Below, in pieces: positions 48,056-58,853 of a stretch of 64,000 nt of DNA. Numbering within the stretch: position 1 is the stretch's first letter; the number at the start of each line of letters is the position of its first letter. The notes under the pieces are model-generated. The model had not been told where the DNA came from. It made no database searches and worked only from the letters and a program-made list of their open reading frames with translations. Origin of the DNA: a virus (taxonomy: Duplodnaviria > Caudoviricetes); the IMG/VR virus record IMGVR_UViG_2852079565_000004, positions 1-64,000 of that record; one strand, written 5' to 3'. The translations under genes were made by a program, and so were the position numbers.

Positions 48056-49759
48056 ATGTACCGCATGATGACATTAAAGCTCCCCCACTACCTCTACCAA
48101 CGAGCCAATACATGGTGGTTTCGTAAAACCATCCCGACCACAAACGCTCGCCATGACATCCGGCTGAGCCTCAAAACTAATCAATTGCATGCAGCCCGAT
48201 CATTAGCCTTAATCCTCAATAGTCAATATAATCACTGGCAAAACCAATATTCAGGAAGCCCGAAAATGACCAAGGAACACATTGCCTTTTTTCAGCAGCA
48301 ACTCAAGTTATTAGTCAACAGATGGTGGCAGCGTGAAATGGATGATTTTCATGGCAACCTTGATAAGGGAATTGATGAACTCAATGATTTACAGCACGTC
48401 ACAACGGGGCTTATTGAGTTTCATCACAAACGTATTATTAAAAAAGAGTATCGGGACAATGCCAAAAACCAGAGAATAGCTGCCACGTTATTAGATGAAA
48501 TCCAAGAGCAACAATCGGATATCACCTCTGACTTAACCGAACAAGACTATCAGCAACTGGCTCGTATGGTTGACCAAGCCTCTTTGCAGCACTATCAACG
48601 ACTCAATACGTATTTATCAAACCCAACACCAGACTGGTTAAACGCACCCACAACCTTTGAGGTTGAATCAATCATTGATGATAAACCACGTTACCCCCTA
48701 TCTAAACTGATTAGCGAATATCAAGAAGAAAGCCAGCAAAAAGGACACAGTCAAAAGACCCAAAATAAGTATGCTCAATGCCTCGCCTTAGCAATTAGCT
48801 ACTTTGGTGATGTGCTTGTTGATACGATCACACCCGAGCAAGGCAGACATTTTCGAGAGTGCTTAAAGACATTTCCTCTTGGGATTAAAACAAAAGAGAT
48901 GCTGGCACAGCCACTGAGTGAAATCATAAAAAAACATCCACGTACTCAAATCATATCGGTAGAAACGGCGAATTCACACCTGCAAAAAGTGTCCCAGTTT
49001 TTTGATTGGATAGTGTCCTTAGGGTATTTAACCTACAATCCTATCCCTCAAGAGCCGCTTCCGGCTCCACGGGTTAACCATAAAGACGATAGAGCCGTCA
49101 TCACTGACGAGGAAGCTATACAAGTTTTTCAGCATCCCCTGTTTACGATGCATCAAGGCGTCAAAACCAAAAAGATACAGCAGCCTTACCATTTTTGGTT
49201 ACCGCTATTGTGTTTATTTACGGGTATGCGCCCCGGTGAAGCTTGCCAGTTATTCACTAATGACATTGAAAATGTGAATGACATTTGGTGTATTCGTGTG
49301 GATAACCGATATGAAAAACAGCGGTTGAAAACACCAAATGCCAAACGCTACATCCCAATCCATCAACAACTTATTGATTTAGGCTTCTTGGTATTTGTGA
49401 ACGATAAGGCAGGCACACACCGTGAAGATACACGCCTGTTCCCTGAAATTATGCTCATTCAAGACTCTTTTGCGACCAAGCCGGGTGAATGGTTCAACCG
49501 TAATTTACGAGACAAACAATCGCTTCCTGAGCACGTCACGCTCTATAGCTTTAGGCATTACTTTAGAGATAAGCTACTCGCCCTGCATCCTTCTGATGAA
49601 TATTTGAATAAGATTATGGGTCATCAAACCAGTTCTTACGGTAAAGCCTTACCAAAGGAACAACAAGCTATGCATGAACTGGTTAATAAGCTCGATTTTT
49701 CAGCCATTATTGCTCAGATAAAACCTTATGAAACATTGGACATCTTCCACAAACAGTAG
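48056..49759 (+). CDS. Tyrosine integrase (DUF6538-like N-terminus)
   Basis: YLYQR...WWFR, SLKT; GMRPGE, LKT, SFRH, MGH, SYG. Confidence 0.92.
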   Translation: MYRMMTLKLPHYLYQRANTWWFRKTIPTTNARHDIRLSLKTNQLHAARSLALILNSQYNHWQNQYSGSPKMTKEHIAFFQQQLKLLVNRWWQREMDDFHGNLDKGIDELNDLQHVTTGLIEFHHKRIIKKEYRDNAKNQRIAATLLDEIQEQQSDITSDLTEQDYQQLARMVDQASLQHYQRLNTYLSNPTPDWLNAPTTFEVESIIDDKPRYPLSKLISEYQEESQQKGHSQKTQNKYAQCLALAISYFGDVLVDTITPEQGRHFRECLKTFPLGIKTKEMLAQPLSEIIKKHPRTQIISVETANSHLQKVSQFFDWIVSLGYLTYNPIPQEPLPAPRVNHKDDRAVITDEEAIQVFQHPLFTMHQGVKTKKIQQPYHFWLPLLCLFTGMRPGEACQLFTNDIENVNDIWCIRVDNRYEKQRLKTPNAKRYIPIHQQLIDLGFLVFVNDKAGTHREDTRLFPEIMLIQDSFATKPGEWFNRNLRDKQSLPEHVTLYSFRHYFRDKLLALHPSDEYLNKIMGHQTSSYGKALPKEQQAMHELVNKLDFSAIIAQIKPYETLDIFHKQ

Positions 49760-49799
49760 GCAATGAATCAATAGTCTACTTACGAAATCGTGATTGGGG

Positions 49800-49990
49800 T
49801 GTTACAGGCATTTGAAAGGGCTGTAACGTTACATTTTAAGAGAACGTTACAGCAGATCCCCATGATATCAACGTGTATCATTGTTACGCTTGTTACGCTT
49901 GTTACGCCATAGAAAGACCTATCTGAACGAAAACTAGAACAGACTACAAGTTAATCTAAACATTATTGTATTATTGACTCATAAATGGCA
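49800..49990 (+). repeat. Origin-like repeat copy 1, GTTAC-rich
   Basis: 3x TTGTTACGC at 49881-49907; collinear with 52844-52990. Confidence 0.7.
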
Positions 49991-50113
49991 TTCCTATATT
50001 ACTCTTGATTATCGTTCACAGTAAGAACTCCTATTGTGATGAATCCATAATAGAATCGTGTTTGGTAATTAATATAGGGGGAAATATTGGGATATATAAG
50101 GCGCTAGACTGAC

Positions 50114-50374
50114 CTATTCTCTGAGCTCAAATAATTTCTGTTTCGCTACCTTTAATCCTTCTTGAATATCTGGTTCGTTTATCTCAAGGTTTTTTGCTCT
50201 TCTGACATTCTTACAAACAATATCATGCCAAGCATCAGTTAATAAGCATTCTGTATATTTAGTAACTAGGTCATCATGATGATTGACATACCACTCAACA
50301 GAAGTTTTATCATTACAACCTGACATTGTGATAACAGTTATAATGAGACTAACTAATAAAAAGTATTTAGCCAT
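50114..50374 (-). CDS. EexN-like entry exclusion lipoprotein
   Basis: MSGC lipobox; SVEWY..H......EC......C.N pattern. Confidence 0.75.
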   Translation of the reverse strand: MAKYFLLVSLIITVITMSGCNDKTSVEWYVNHHDDLVTKYTECLLTDAWHDIVCKNVRRAKNLEINEPDIQEGLKVAKQKLFELRE

Positions 50375-50548
50375 TATACTTATCCTTACAGATTATTTAG
50401 TTCGGATACGCACATATCTAAAAGAAATTGGACTCATACTCTGCCTTTATATCAGTGCTAAACAATGAAAAATTCTCTAACTGTGCTTCAATCTACTATT
50501 CATGCTAAAGATATTGATTAAATGAGATTTGCAAAGTTTAGCTCATAT

Positions 50549-51637
50549 TTAAATAGCTTCCTCTAAGATGCCTTCTGGAACACAGACATTACCTTCAAAT
50601 AATTTACGAGCAGTTCTGATCACGGCAGCCTGAGTATTTTCTATTCGATCCCCATCCTTTAATAAAGAAACAGTAATTTTCCCACTTGGATGTTCAATAT
50701 TTACTATACTGTTTAGCCTATCTTGAGACTGACCACCTATGATTTTTTGAGCAATGGAGCCTTCAATTATTGTTGCTGTTGAAATACCTATAGAACCTGT
50801 AATTGCCAATGACTTATGGCAATTGTGTGGCATGAAATAGCGAACTTTAATCGTCCCCCCCGCTGTTGGTTTGCTCAGAAGAACAGGCTTTGGAATGACT
50901 TTATCAGCTACATCGCCAAGCCCCATTGCAACGCCAGCTTCTAGGCGGATCTTCTCAAGACGTTTCATAAACATCAAATCAGAATCCAGTTCAGTTGGAG
51001 ACTCACTACCGGTTTTCCCCATTTGATGTGCATTGATTAAAATCATTGGCATTGCCATATCAATACATGTGACCTCAATGTCATCAAATACATCTGTTGC
51101 ATTACCTGTGGGAAGTAATTTACCCGTTTTACAACCTGCGGAATTTAGGAACGTCAAACCAATTGGAGCAGCTGCCCCCGGCACACCATCAATTTGGGTA
51201 TCCCCTTCATAAGTCACTTTGAAATCAGGGGTCTGAACTTCAACATTAACTAATGTTCCAGTATTGAGATTCCGAATACGCACTGCCGTAACTGGATTTT
51301 TCGGAGCAATTAGCCCCTTTTCAATAGCAAATGGACCAACTGCACATAACATATTTCCACAATTTGGAGTTGTATCGACCCTTCGTTCTTTCACCATAAC
51401 CTGAGCAAAAAGATAATCAATATCAGCATCAGGGCTATCTGAAAGACTCACAATGGCTACTTTACTGGTTTGCGGACTACCTCCACCGATACCATCAATT
51501 TCAAGATCATGGCCTGAGCCCATCAAAGCTAGCAAAACGGCATCTCGTTCCTGAATATCATCTGGTAAATCAGTCGATAGAATAACTGGCCCTTTAGAAG
51601 TGCCACCGCGCATCAGAACACAGGGTATGCTGAACAT
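50549..51637 (-). CDS. PrpF family isomerase (YbhH / 4-oxalomesaconate tautomerase-like)
   Basis: MRGGTSKG, DGIGGG...TSKVAI, NCGN, EHPSG, RTARKLF.G. Confidence 0.92.
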   Translation of the reverse strand: MFSIPCVLMRGGTSKGPVILSTDLPDDIQERDAVLLALMGSGHDLEIDGIGGGSPQTSKVAIVSLSDSPDADIDYLFAQVMVKERRVDTTPNCGNMLCAVGPFAIEKGLIAPKNPVTAVRIRNLNTGTLVNVEVQTPDFKVTYEGDTQIDGVPGAAAPIGLTFLNSAGCKTGKLLPTGNATDVFDDIEVTCIDMAMPMILINAHQMGKTGSESPTELDSDLMFMKRLEKIRLEAGVAMGLGDVADKVIPKPVLLSKPTAGGTIKVRYFMPHNCHKSLAITGSIGISTATIIEGSIAQKIIGGQSQDRLNSIVNIEHPSGKITVSLLKDGDRIENTQAAVIRTARKLFEGNVCVPEGILEEAI

Positions 51638-51792
51638 ACTTTCTCTCTTCCTACAGATTAAATGATACGCCAAGCGTCCCATATGCGGATAAATAACTCT
51701 AATGCAAAGAAACAAGAGATTAATGCATTTTACACATTAATAAGCCTTCAGTTATTATGGTTTAATTTCTCTATAAGCCTGAGGGTTGAAAA

Positions 51793-52719
51793 ATGCAGCA
51801 TGAATTACAGGGTATCCAATCTTTCGTAAAAGTTGCGGAAATGGGATGTTTTACAAAAGCATCTCATTTTTTACACATCTCTCAACCCGCATTGACGAGA
51901 CGAATAAAAAAGCTTGAGGATAGTTTAGGTACAGCACTATTTGAACGCTCAACAAGACGAGTAAAATTGACTGCTGTAGGGAGAGATTTTCTACCTCATG
52001 CAAAAAATCTCATCGATTTTTATGAAAGCTCGATACTCAGTATTAAAGAAATGGCAACACATCAAACAGGGACAGTGACTTTATCTTGTTTACCTACAGC
52101 AGCCTTCTATTTTTTACCTTCCGTTATTCGTGATTATAACGAACATTACCCGAATATACGTATCCGAATACTTGAGCATAGTGCTAGCGACTGCCTTGAG
52201 GCGGTACTTAATGGGGATGCAGATTTTGGAATAAATATGATTAACATCACACATTCTAATATAGAGTTCACACCTCTGGTTAATGAGCCTTTCGTTCTTG
52301 CCTGTAAACGCGACCATGAGCTTGCCAAAAAAAATCTCGTGATGTGGGAAGATCTTGCCGGACTCAAACTTATTGGAGTCCGAAAATCGAGTGGTAATCG
52401 ATATCTAATTGATCAGGCTTTAGAAGGATTTAACTGGAAACCAAACTGGTTTTACGAAGTAAGACACCTGTCCACATCACTCGGGATGGTTGAAGCTGGG
52501 CTTGGTGTTGCTGTTGTACCAAGTCTGGCAATGCCTACGGATGAGCACCATATACTGGTTAGTCGACCACTTATAGAGCCTGTGATCAGGAGAACACTGG
52601 GATTAGTGTTTAGAAAGGATGACACCTTAAGCCCTGCAGCCGATAAATTTCGTGAAATATTGATGAAGCTTTGGTCTCAAGACAATACCAGCCCTTGGAT
52701 CAGTAGATTCAGCCGCTAG
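51793..52719 (+). CDS. LysR regulator (YbhD-like)
   Basis: SQPALTRRIKKLE HTH; WFYEVRHLSTSLG; divergent from PrpF gene as in ybhD/ybhH. Confidence 0.93.
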   Translation: MQHELQGIQSFVKVAEMGCFTKASHFLHISQPALTRRIKKLEDSLGTALFERSTRRVKLTAVGRDFLPHAKNLIDFYESSILSIKEMATHQTGTVTLSCLPTAAFYFLPSVIRDYNEHYPNIRIRILEHSASDCLEAVLNGDADFGINMINITHSNIEFTPLVNEPFVLACKRDHELAKKNLVMWEDLAGLKLIGVRKSSGNRYLIDQALEGFNWKPNWFYEVRHLSTSLGMVEAGLGVAVVPSLAMPTDEHHILVSRPLIEPVIRRTLGLVFRKDDTLSPAADKFREILMKLWSQDNTSPWISRFSR

Positions 52720-52843
52720 TATGGTTACAAACTCACTTGCATATTGAAACTGGCACTAATACATATTGAGTAGTTTGTCATATTGAATCACTAAATAAGG
52801 TATATCCATTTTACAGTGAGCACTACAGAGTAAAAATGGCACA

Positions 52844-53065
52844 TTACATTTTTAGAGATAGTTACAGCAGATCGCTGTGATATCAGCCTGTACCGCTGTT
52901 ATGTGATAAAGACACGTATCTGAACGAAAACCAGAACAATCAAAAAATTAATCTAAGCGTCGTTTCTATTATTAATGCATTTAATGACGTTACACGCGTA
53001 ACAACGATACAAGCCAACATTGAAGCACTTTTTGTTACATCCTGCTGGTGGTGTAACGTAACAAG
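52844..53065 (+). repeat. Origin-like repeat copy 2 and GTTAC/GTAAC cluster
   Basis: Shares GTTACAGCAGATC, TATCTGAACGAAAAC.AGAACA and TTAATCTAA blocks with copy 1; just downstream of primase. Confidence 0.7.
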
Positions 53066-53098
53066 GAGAGATAATCCTCCCCTTGTTAGCTTTCATGC

Positions 53099-55777
53099 TT
53101 AAACAGTATAGCTTTCCAGTGCCTCACTTTCCTGATCGCTTTGACCTAAGCGTGTCCCTGATACAACATAGGGTTTTTGCTCTTCTGCTTGCTCAACATC
53201 GAGTATTTTTCCTGATATAGGATACACGCGGCGGAGACCACCACCCTGCAATCGCTTAGTTACTGATGATTTTTTAGGTAAAAAACCTAATTTAACCAAT
53301 ATGTTGGCGACATTTTTGTGGTCAAGTCCCTGACAAATATCGTTGCGAAACGATTCAGGGAAAACACAAAAGTCGTTGCCATCTTTGCAGCCCCAAACAG
53401 GTCCATTCGTATTTTGTCCAAATCTAGAGTCTCCCCATTTGAGTAATCGACCTCTAACAACTTCAAGTGCTTGGTTAGATTCGTGTGAGCCTTCGCCTCT
53501 TTCTAATAGCCATGCATCAAAACAGGTTTTCACACCACGAAAAGCTTCACCTTTTTCCCAGCCAGTAATGTTTGCTGCCAACTCTCCCGCTGCCGCAACG
53601 AGGGCAAACCGATTTGCAGCACGTTTTATCTGTCCATCCACATTATCGGGCACATATTGTAAAAACGCTGTCATCAGCTCCCTTAGCTTTATCGAGTACT
53701 CAACCTTATTACCCGCTAACGCCTTCAAGAACGCTCTGGAAGCGACACCGTGGTACTGCTTGCTATTGCTATTTAACATTTCGGCAAAACTTGCCGCATC
53801 AGAAAAACCATGAAGTTCTTCAAAAAGACCTAACCCTTTTCCAGCATCCGCTGGAATGTCAATAAAGCGAACTTCTTGCCCCGCTTTGACCATTTTTCCC
53901 GCTTGGCTCATTAAATTAGACAAGGATACTTCACCCGCTGAAACAAAAATGAGTCTCCATGTTTTCAGCGATGCCGCCCCACCGGAACGGTTTGCACGTT
54001 GCTTGCTTGACCCATTAGCCACCATATACACGGTCTGAGCTGCTTCACTTGGGTTTTCATCTGCCATCTGACCTAATTCATCAATGACAAGCGTTGCATC
54101 ATTATGAGCATATGCGACACTCTCAAGCCCATTGGACGTTGCACGCCATGTCACCAATTTATCCGCTGGCCCCCACACTGATTTACACAGACGTAAGGCC
54201 GTTGTTTTTCCTCGGCTACTTTCACTTCGAATATGAAAGCCACCTGATTCTAATGCATGGTCTAAATCCAATAATGGTCCCGCAAACGCAGCAGCAACCA
54301 TCAAAATTAATCGGCTGTTACCTTGGCAATAAGCCGCTACATTACGCTGCCATTCTTCTAGTGTCCCCGATTGTTCATAACCTGCCGGAGCTCCGTACAT
54401 AGACTGATAAACAACGCGTTCAGAGCTAGCCCCAATGGCTTCACTCGGTAAAACAAATACTTCACCATGCCAGCCCGTTTGAGACACATTGCGGGCACGT
54501 TCTACTGGTTGAACAGTTGAGATAAAACTTAGTAACGCTTTGTATTCACTCGGATTGAAATGCAAGCCTCTAGACGCTAAAGGCTCCAGTATTATTGATG
54601 GGTCTTTAACAAGAGCAGCCCGTGGCAAAGCAAACATATGTTCATGGCGGTCTAAATCGGCAAACTTGAAGACGATCCCCCACTCTTCATTCGACTTATC
54701 ACGAGACAACGCTTGCGGATACAATGCAGAACAAATTTGTGCATCATACGTCCCTTTGTCCGTAGTTCGTTTTTGATATAACCACCCATTATTGAAAAAA
54801 TAATCAGCTGGTATCCTCATTCGGGCAATAGCAATAACTGGACACAACTGACGTTTAAGTTCATCAATCCCTTCTAAAACAGCTAAATCATTGGCATCTG
54901 TCGGTTGTGTTGATTCATCTTGAAACTGAGGTATAAAACACGAACAACTATATAATTTTGCTGCTTTTTCAGCAGCTTCAACCCCAGCATTTCTCTCTTT
55001 ATACTTATCATTATCAGCAATAATCACAATCGGTACATCTGTTTTACTTCGCACAGCTTTAACTACTTCAGGTAAATTGCCGCAATCAATCGCCATAATG
55101 CAAGTATACCCTGTCGCTTCATAACAGGATGCCGCCGTCGCAAACCCTTCGGTTATCAATATGGTGCTGCTATCGCCCTCTATCACATAGCAAGCCCCTT
55201 TTTTGCCACAATCTTTATAAAAGCGTTTAGTACCATCCACCCAAATGCGTTGAGCCGTAATGAAGCCACCTTTATATTCACTCAATGGAATAACCAATTG
55301 ATTACCATTGACTAATATACCGTGCGCCTCCACTTTTTTTCTCAACAAGTAAGGATGATTATTTGAAGCTAAAGGAAACCTTTGAATATGCTCGCTTAAT
55401 TCTGCTCTGTTTTCTGCAAATAGAGCTTCTCGTGCTGCATCATTAGCTGCTTTCAATTGCTTATATTCATCTATTCTTGTTTTTTGCTGTTCCTCTGACA
55501 CGGAACTTAACCCATCACTACGCCAAATTACCTCTCCTAAATCCTCATGAAAACTTTTCGCTATTAACCAATGAATTTTTCCATTTTCATCGGCTAATGT
55601 TTTTATATAACCGCTAGTTTCTCCTTCTTTATCATGTGTATCTTTAAAACGTGGATAGTCCACCTCGATATTATGTATTTCTGCATCTTCAGCAGCAAGT
55701 TGATGTTCTTTAGCTAACTTTAATAACGAATCGAATGCATATTGATTGTGTTCATCAATAGTCATATTTAACTCCAA
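53099..55777 (-). CDS. Toprim primase + DUF927 helicase-like replication protein
   Basis: HPYL..K, ITEGFATA, IIADND, GWH...FVLP, SSRGKTT, IDELG. Confidence 0.9.
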   Translation of the reverse strand: MELNMTIDEHNQYAFDSLLKLAKEHQLAAEDAEIHNIEVDYPRFKDTHDKEGETSGYIKTLADENGKIHWLIAKSFHEDLGEVIWRSDGLSSVSEEQQKTRIDEYKQLKAANDAAREALFAENRAELSEHIQRFPLASNNHPYLLRKKVEAHGILVNGNQLVIPLSEYKGGFITAQRIWVDGTKRFYKDCGKKGACYVIEGDSSTILITEGFATAASCYEATGYTCIMAIDCGNLPEVVKAVRSKTDVPIVIIADNDKYKERNAGVEAAEKAAKLYSCSCFIPQFQDESTQPTDANDLAVLEGIDELKRQLCPVIAIARMRIPADYFFNNGWLYQKRTTDKGTYDAQICSALYPQALSRDKSNEEWGIVFKFADLDRHEHMFALPRAALVKDPSIILEPLASRGLHFNPSEYKALLSFISTVQPVERARNVSQTGWHGEVFVLPSEAIGASSERVVYQSMYGAPAGYEQSGTLEEWQRNVAAYCQGNSRLILMVAAAFAGPLLDLDHALESGGFHIRSESSRGKTTALRLCKSVWGPADKLVTWRATSNGLESVAYAHNDATLVIDELGQMADENPSEAAQTVYMVANGSSKQRANRSGGAASLKTWRLIFVSAGEVSLSNLMSQAGKMVKAGQEVRFIDIPADAGKGLGLFEELHGFSDAASFAEMLNSNSKQYHGVASRAFLKALAGNKVEYSIKLRELMTAFLQYVPDNVDGQIKRAANRFALVAAAGELAANITGWEKGEAFRGVKTCFDAWLLERGEGSHESNQALEVVRGRLLKWGDSRFGQNTNGPVWGCKDGNDFCVFPESFRNDICQGLDHKNVANILVKLGFLPKKSSVTKRLQGGGLRRVYPISGKILDVEQAEEQKPYVVSGTRLGQSDQESEALESYTV

Positions 55778-55840
55778 TGAGTGTTTAAGATAAAAGTTTG
55801 ATGAACCTCACTCGACTGAGTGAGGCTGTTGAGTATTGAA

Positions 55841-56092
55841 TTAAAAGTTTTTAATAGAAAACTCTTCTAGGTCACCATAATCATCAAATATAATTTTGAG
55901 AAAATAATGACCATCACAAGTGAAAAACTTATAGTCATTGGATTCGGGGCAATACTCGACATAACCATCTTCTATGTAAAGAATATCGTCGAGAAGTTCA
56001 GGTATGTATTCAAGACGACCTTCTTCACTATTGATTTCTTTAAATATAGCGATCTTAGTGCGAAGGGGTAAATTATTAAACTGATTACTCAT
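55841..56092 (-). CDS. Hypothetical acidic protein
   Basis: GGAG RBS before ATG 56092. Confidence 0.55.
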   Translation of the reverse strand: MSNQFNNLPLRTKIAIFKEINSEEGRLEYIPELLDDILYIEDGYVEYCPESNDYKFFTCDGHYFLKIIFDDYGDLEEFSIKNF

Positions 56093-56223
56093 AATATCTC
56101 CTATCAATATTATTAATTTTGGATGTAATATCGACTTAGATGTCATATCGATATAGAGGAGATTAATATATTTAGAGAATAAGTAGCAGCTTGCTTGGTA
56201 GCCCAAACAAGCTATCTTGACAT

Positions 56224-57078
56224 TTATTGTTTTTTATGAATCAAAGTCTCATACCAAGCTTGAAAACTTTTATCAGCTGGTAAATCGCACTTTGGGATTT
56301 CGCTAAACTTCTCTATTAACTCTAATTCATCAATAGTTCTAGGGAAGTAAGTTACCTTTTTATTGTTATCCTGTTTAAATTTTAGGTAAGACTTATATTC
56401 CTGATAACACCCACTACAACAAATATCTTCTTTATAATATGATAGCGGAAATACAACTCTATTATTTAACGCCTGATTCTCTATTCTAGATTTAATTGAT
56501 TTTCGGGATAAAGATATCCCCTCATTTAACTCTTCACCTGTTTTGCTATAAGCATTAATTTTATATAGATAAGAAAGCTCATCTGAAAGTTGTTCTAAAA
56601 ATGAATCATCCCCTTTAACTAATAATATATCATCCCATTCAATCCCTATAATTTTCATTATAACCAATCTAAAATATAAGTAATTATTGACATTTTTTAT
56701 AAAATCTTTCTTTTCCTCAGAAAAATTCCTATATTTCAAATTCAAAAACAAGGCTTCCTCAAGTCCACAATCTTTATTAAGATATTTATTTATTGCTTCT
56801 CCGAGATAATATCTAGCTATACGAGGCAATTCAAAATCATTGAGTAAAAGATAACTTATATGTTTCAATACACGTTCAGGTATGCCCTCTGGAGCTCTTT
56901 TCTTTTCATGATACTTAACTAATGGAGTATTAATATTTTCATCCCCTCCATTTTTTTCAACTAATGTAGCAAATGAGTCCTCATCAGTTATATCTAATTT
57001 ATTTTTATCCATTCTCATTAAGTTTTCATACAAAAATTCATATTGTGGCTCTTTTTTTTCTTTCAAATCATCACTCAC
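56224..57078 (-). CDS. Hypothetical protein
   Basis: 284 aa AT-rich ORF, GAGGA RBS. Confidence 0.65.
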   Translation of the reverse strand: MSDDLKEKKEPQYEFLYENLMRMDKNKLDITDEDSFATLVEKNGGDENINTPLVKYHEKKRAPEGIPERVLKHISYLLLNDFELPRIARYYLGEAINKYLNKDCGLEEALFLNLKYRNFSEEKKDFIKNVNNYLYFRLVIMKIIGIEWDDILLVKGDDSFLEQLSDELSYLYKINAYSKTGEELNEGISLSRKSIKSRIENQALNNRVVFPLSYYKEDICCSGCYQEYKSYLKFKQDNNKKVTYFPRTIDELELIEKFSEIPKCDLPADKSFQAWYETLIHKKQ

Positions 57079-57199
57079 TTATCTATCCTCTTTAATAAAA
57101 CAATAACAACTATTTTTAAAATAAGCATATTCAACACTATTATCATTTTTCAGATAATAAATTGGTATAAGAAATTTGACTAAACCACAGGAGCTAGCT

Positions 57200-57631
57200 A
57201 TGCAAGCAAAAATTAATGAAGTTCGAGAATACTTATCAAGCCGTCTTTATCTTACCGACCAACTGACATCCCCTCAAGACACTTACGACTTTCTCACTGT
57301 TCAACTCGGTGATAAAGAGCAAGAAGTATTTTCGGTAATCTACTTGAATGCTCAAAATCAAGTCATACAATACGTTGAAATGTTTAACGGCACCATTAAT
57401 CATACTAACGTCTATCCCCGAGAAATTGCGAAATTAGCTTTAAAACTCAATGCCGCCAACATTATCTGTGCCCATAACCACCCTTCTGGTACGGTAACCC
57501 CATCAAAAAGCGATATTAAAGTTACCGATAAGCTGAAAACAATCATGCAGTTGTTGGACATAACACTGCTTGACCACATTATTGTGGCTGGTGGAGAAAC
57601 AATGTCATTTGCTGAAAAAGGTCTGCTATGA
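57200..57631 (+). CDS. RadC-like JAB domain protein
   Basis: EQEVF, VYPREI, HNHPSG...PS.SD, LLDHII. Confidence 0.93.
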   Translation: MQAKINEVREYLSSRLYLTDQLTSPQDTYDFLTVQLGDKEQEVFSVIYLNAQNQVIQYVEMFNGTINHTNVYPREIAKLALKLNAANIICAHNHPSGTVTPSKSDIKVTDKLKTIMQLLDITLLDHIIVAGGETMSFAEKGLL

Positions 57632-57881
57632 AAGGGATTCTCCTCACTGCATTAATAAAAGGGCTTATCACATTTGCCTTTCATCTACTAAAAGTTGTAT
57701 CTGCTGCTCACAACTAAACCTAACTTAAATTTCATTATCACCCCTACCAATAAGCATGCTTTAAAGTCATGCCACCAGCCAAACCATTCTATAAGTGACG
57801 AAACCATACCAAAAGGTCTCTTTTCTGATTTGGCGTGATTTTTCATCATACCATGCCCTATTGGTAGGTAAGGAGGATTTC

Positions 57882-58442
57882 GTGGCAGTTGTCGGCTACG
57901 CACGAGTGTCAACTCGAGGCCAAAGCCTCGATGCTCAACTTAATGCATTACACGATTGTGACAAAATATTTAAAGAAATTATCAGTGGGGCAAAAGATAA
58001 TCGCCCAGAGCTTGCTGCCCTACTCGATTACGTTCGTGAAGGTGACACAGTTAAAGTAACAAAACTTGATCGGCTTGCTCGCAATACAAAGCATTTACTA
58101 GAAATATCCGCTTACTTAGAAACAAAAAAAGTACGGTTATTAATTATGAATATAGGTATAGATACAGACACCCCAACAGGTAAGCTAATGCTTACAATGA
58201 TAGGTGCTATTGCAACGTTTGAGCGTGAAATCATGTTAGAACGCCAAGCAGAAGGAATTGCACTAGCTAAACAACTAGGTCGGTATACAGGGCGAAAAGC
58301 AACCGCTAGAGCCAAAACAGCGGAAGTTTTGGAGCTACTAGCCCAAGGCGCAACCAAACCTGCTATTTCAAAACAACTTGATATCAGTATTACCAGCATC
58401 TATCGCATCGTTAAAAGTAACTCAAATAGACTTTCATTATAA
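57882..58442 (+). CDS. Serine recombinase (resolvase/invertase)
   Basis: GYARVST, KLDRLAR, C-terminal HTH; AGGAGG before GTG. Confidence 0.95.
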   Translation: MAVVGYARVSTRGQSLDAQLNALHDCDKIFKEIISGAKDNRPELAALLDYVREGDTVKVTKLDRLARNTKHLLEISAYLETKKVRLLIMNIGIDTDTPTGKLMLTMIGAIATFEREIMLERQAEGIALAKQLGRYTGRKATARAKTAEVLELLAQGATKPAISKQLDISITSIYRIVKSNSNRLSL

Positions 58443-58452
58443 GGAAATTATC

Positions 58453-58848
58453 ATGGCGTTTTACACAATGACAAACTTTGCAGACCGTATCTCTTTCATG
58501 AAAGATGGTCAATATGTAGGCTCAGCAATGCCAAACGTATTCGGTGGTTATAATCTCTCAGGAGCAACTGGAGAGTCTCTAGGCCACACTAGCACCTTAG
58601 GTGACACTGAAATATTTCACGGCGATATGGGTCAACTAGAGGGCTTTGCGAGACCCAACATCTTTGGTGGCGTTGACTACTTAAGTTCGACGGGTTCATT
58701 TCAAGCCATGTCTATACCCGATTTTCAAGGTGTGACACTGCATGATATTGCTGATGGTTCATCTGAACATATCTCAATGATTGGGGATAACCTTACTGAC
58801 GAGCACGTTGATGGATTATCCAGTTTCTTTCATAAATTTCTGGGGTAG
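58453..58848 (+). CDS. Hypothetical protein with PN(V/I)FGG repeats
   Basis: AAGGA RBS; internal repeat. Confidence 0.7.
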   Translation: MAFYTMTNFADRISFMKDGQYVGSAMPNVFGGYNLSGATGESLGHTSTLGDTEIFHGDMGQLEGFARPNIFGGVDYLSSTGSFQAMSIPDFQGVTLHDIADGSSEHISMIGDNLTDEHVDGLSSFFHKFLG

Positions 58849-58853
58849 TTAAC

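Noticed and set aside
57200-57631. RadC JAB protein as part of CBASS or a ubiquitin-like defence system
   Set aside because: No cyclase, E1/E2 or ubiquitin-like gene nearby; stand-alone RadC is common on mobile elements.
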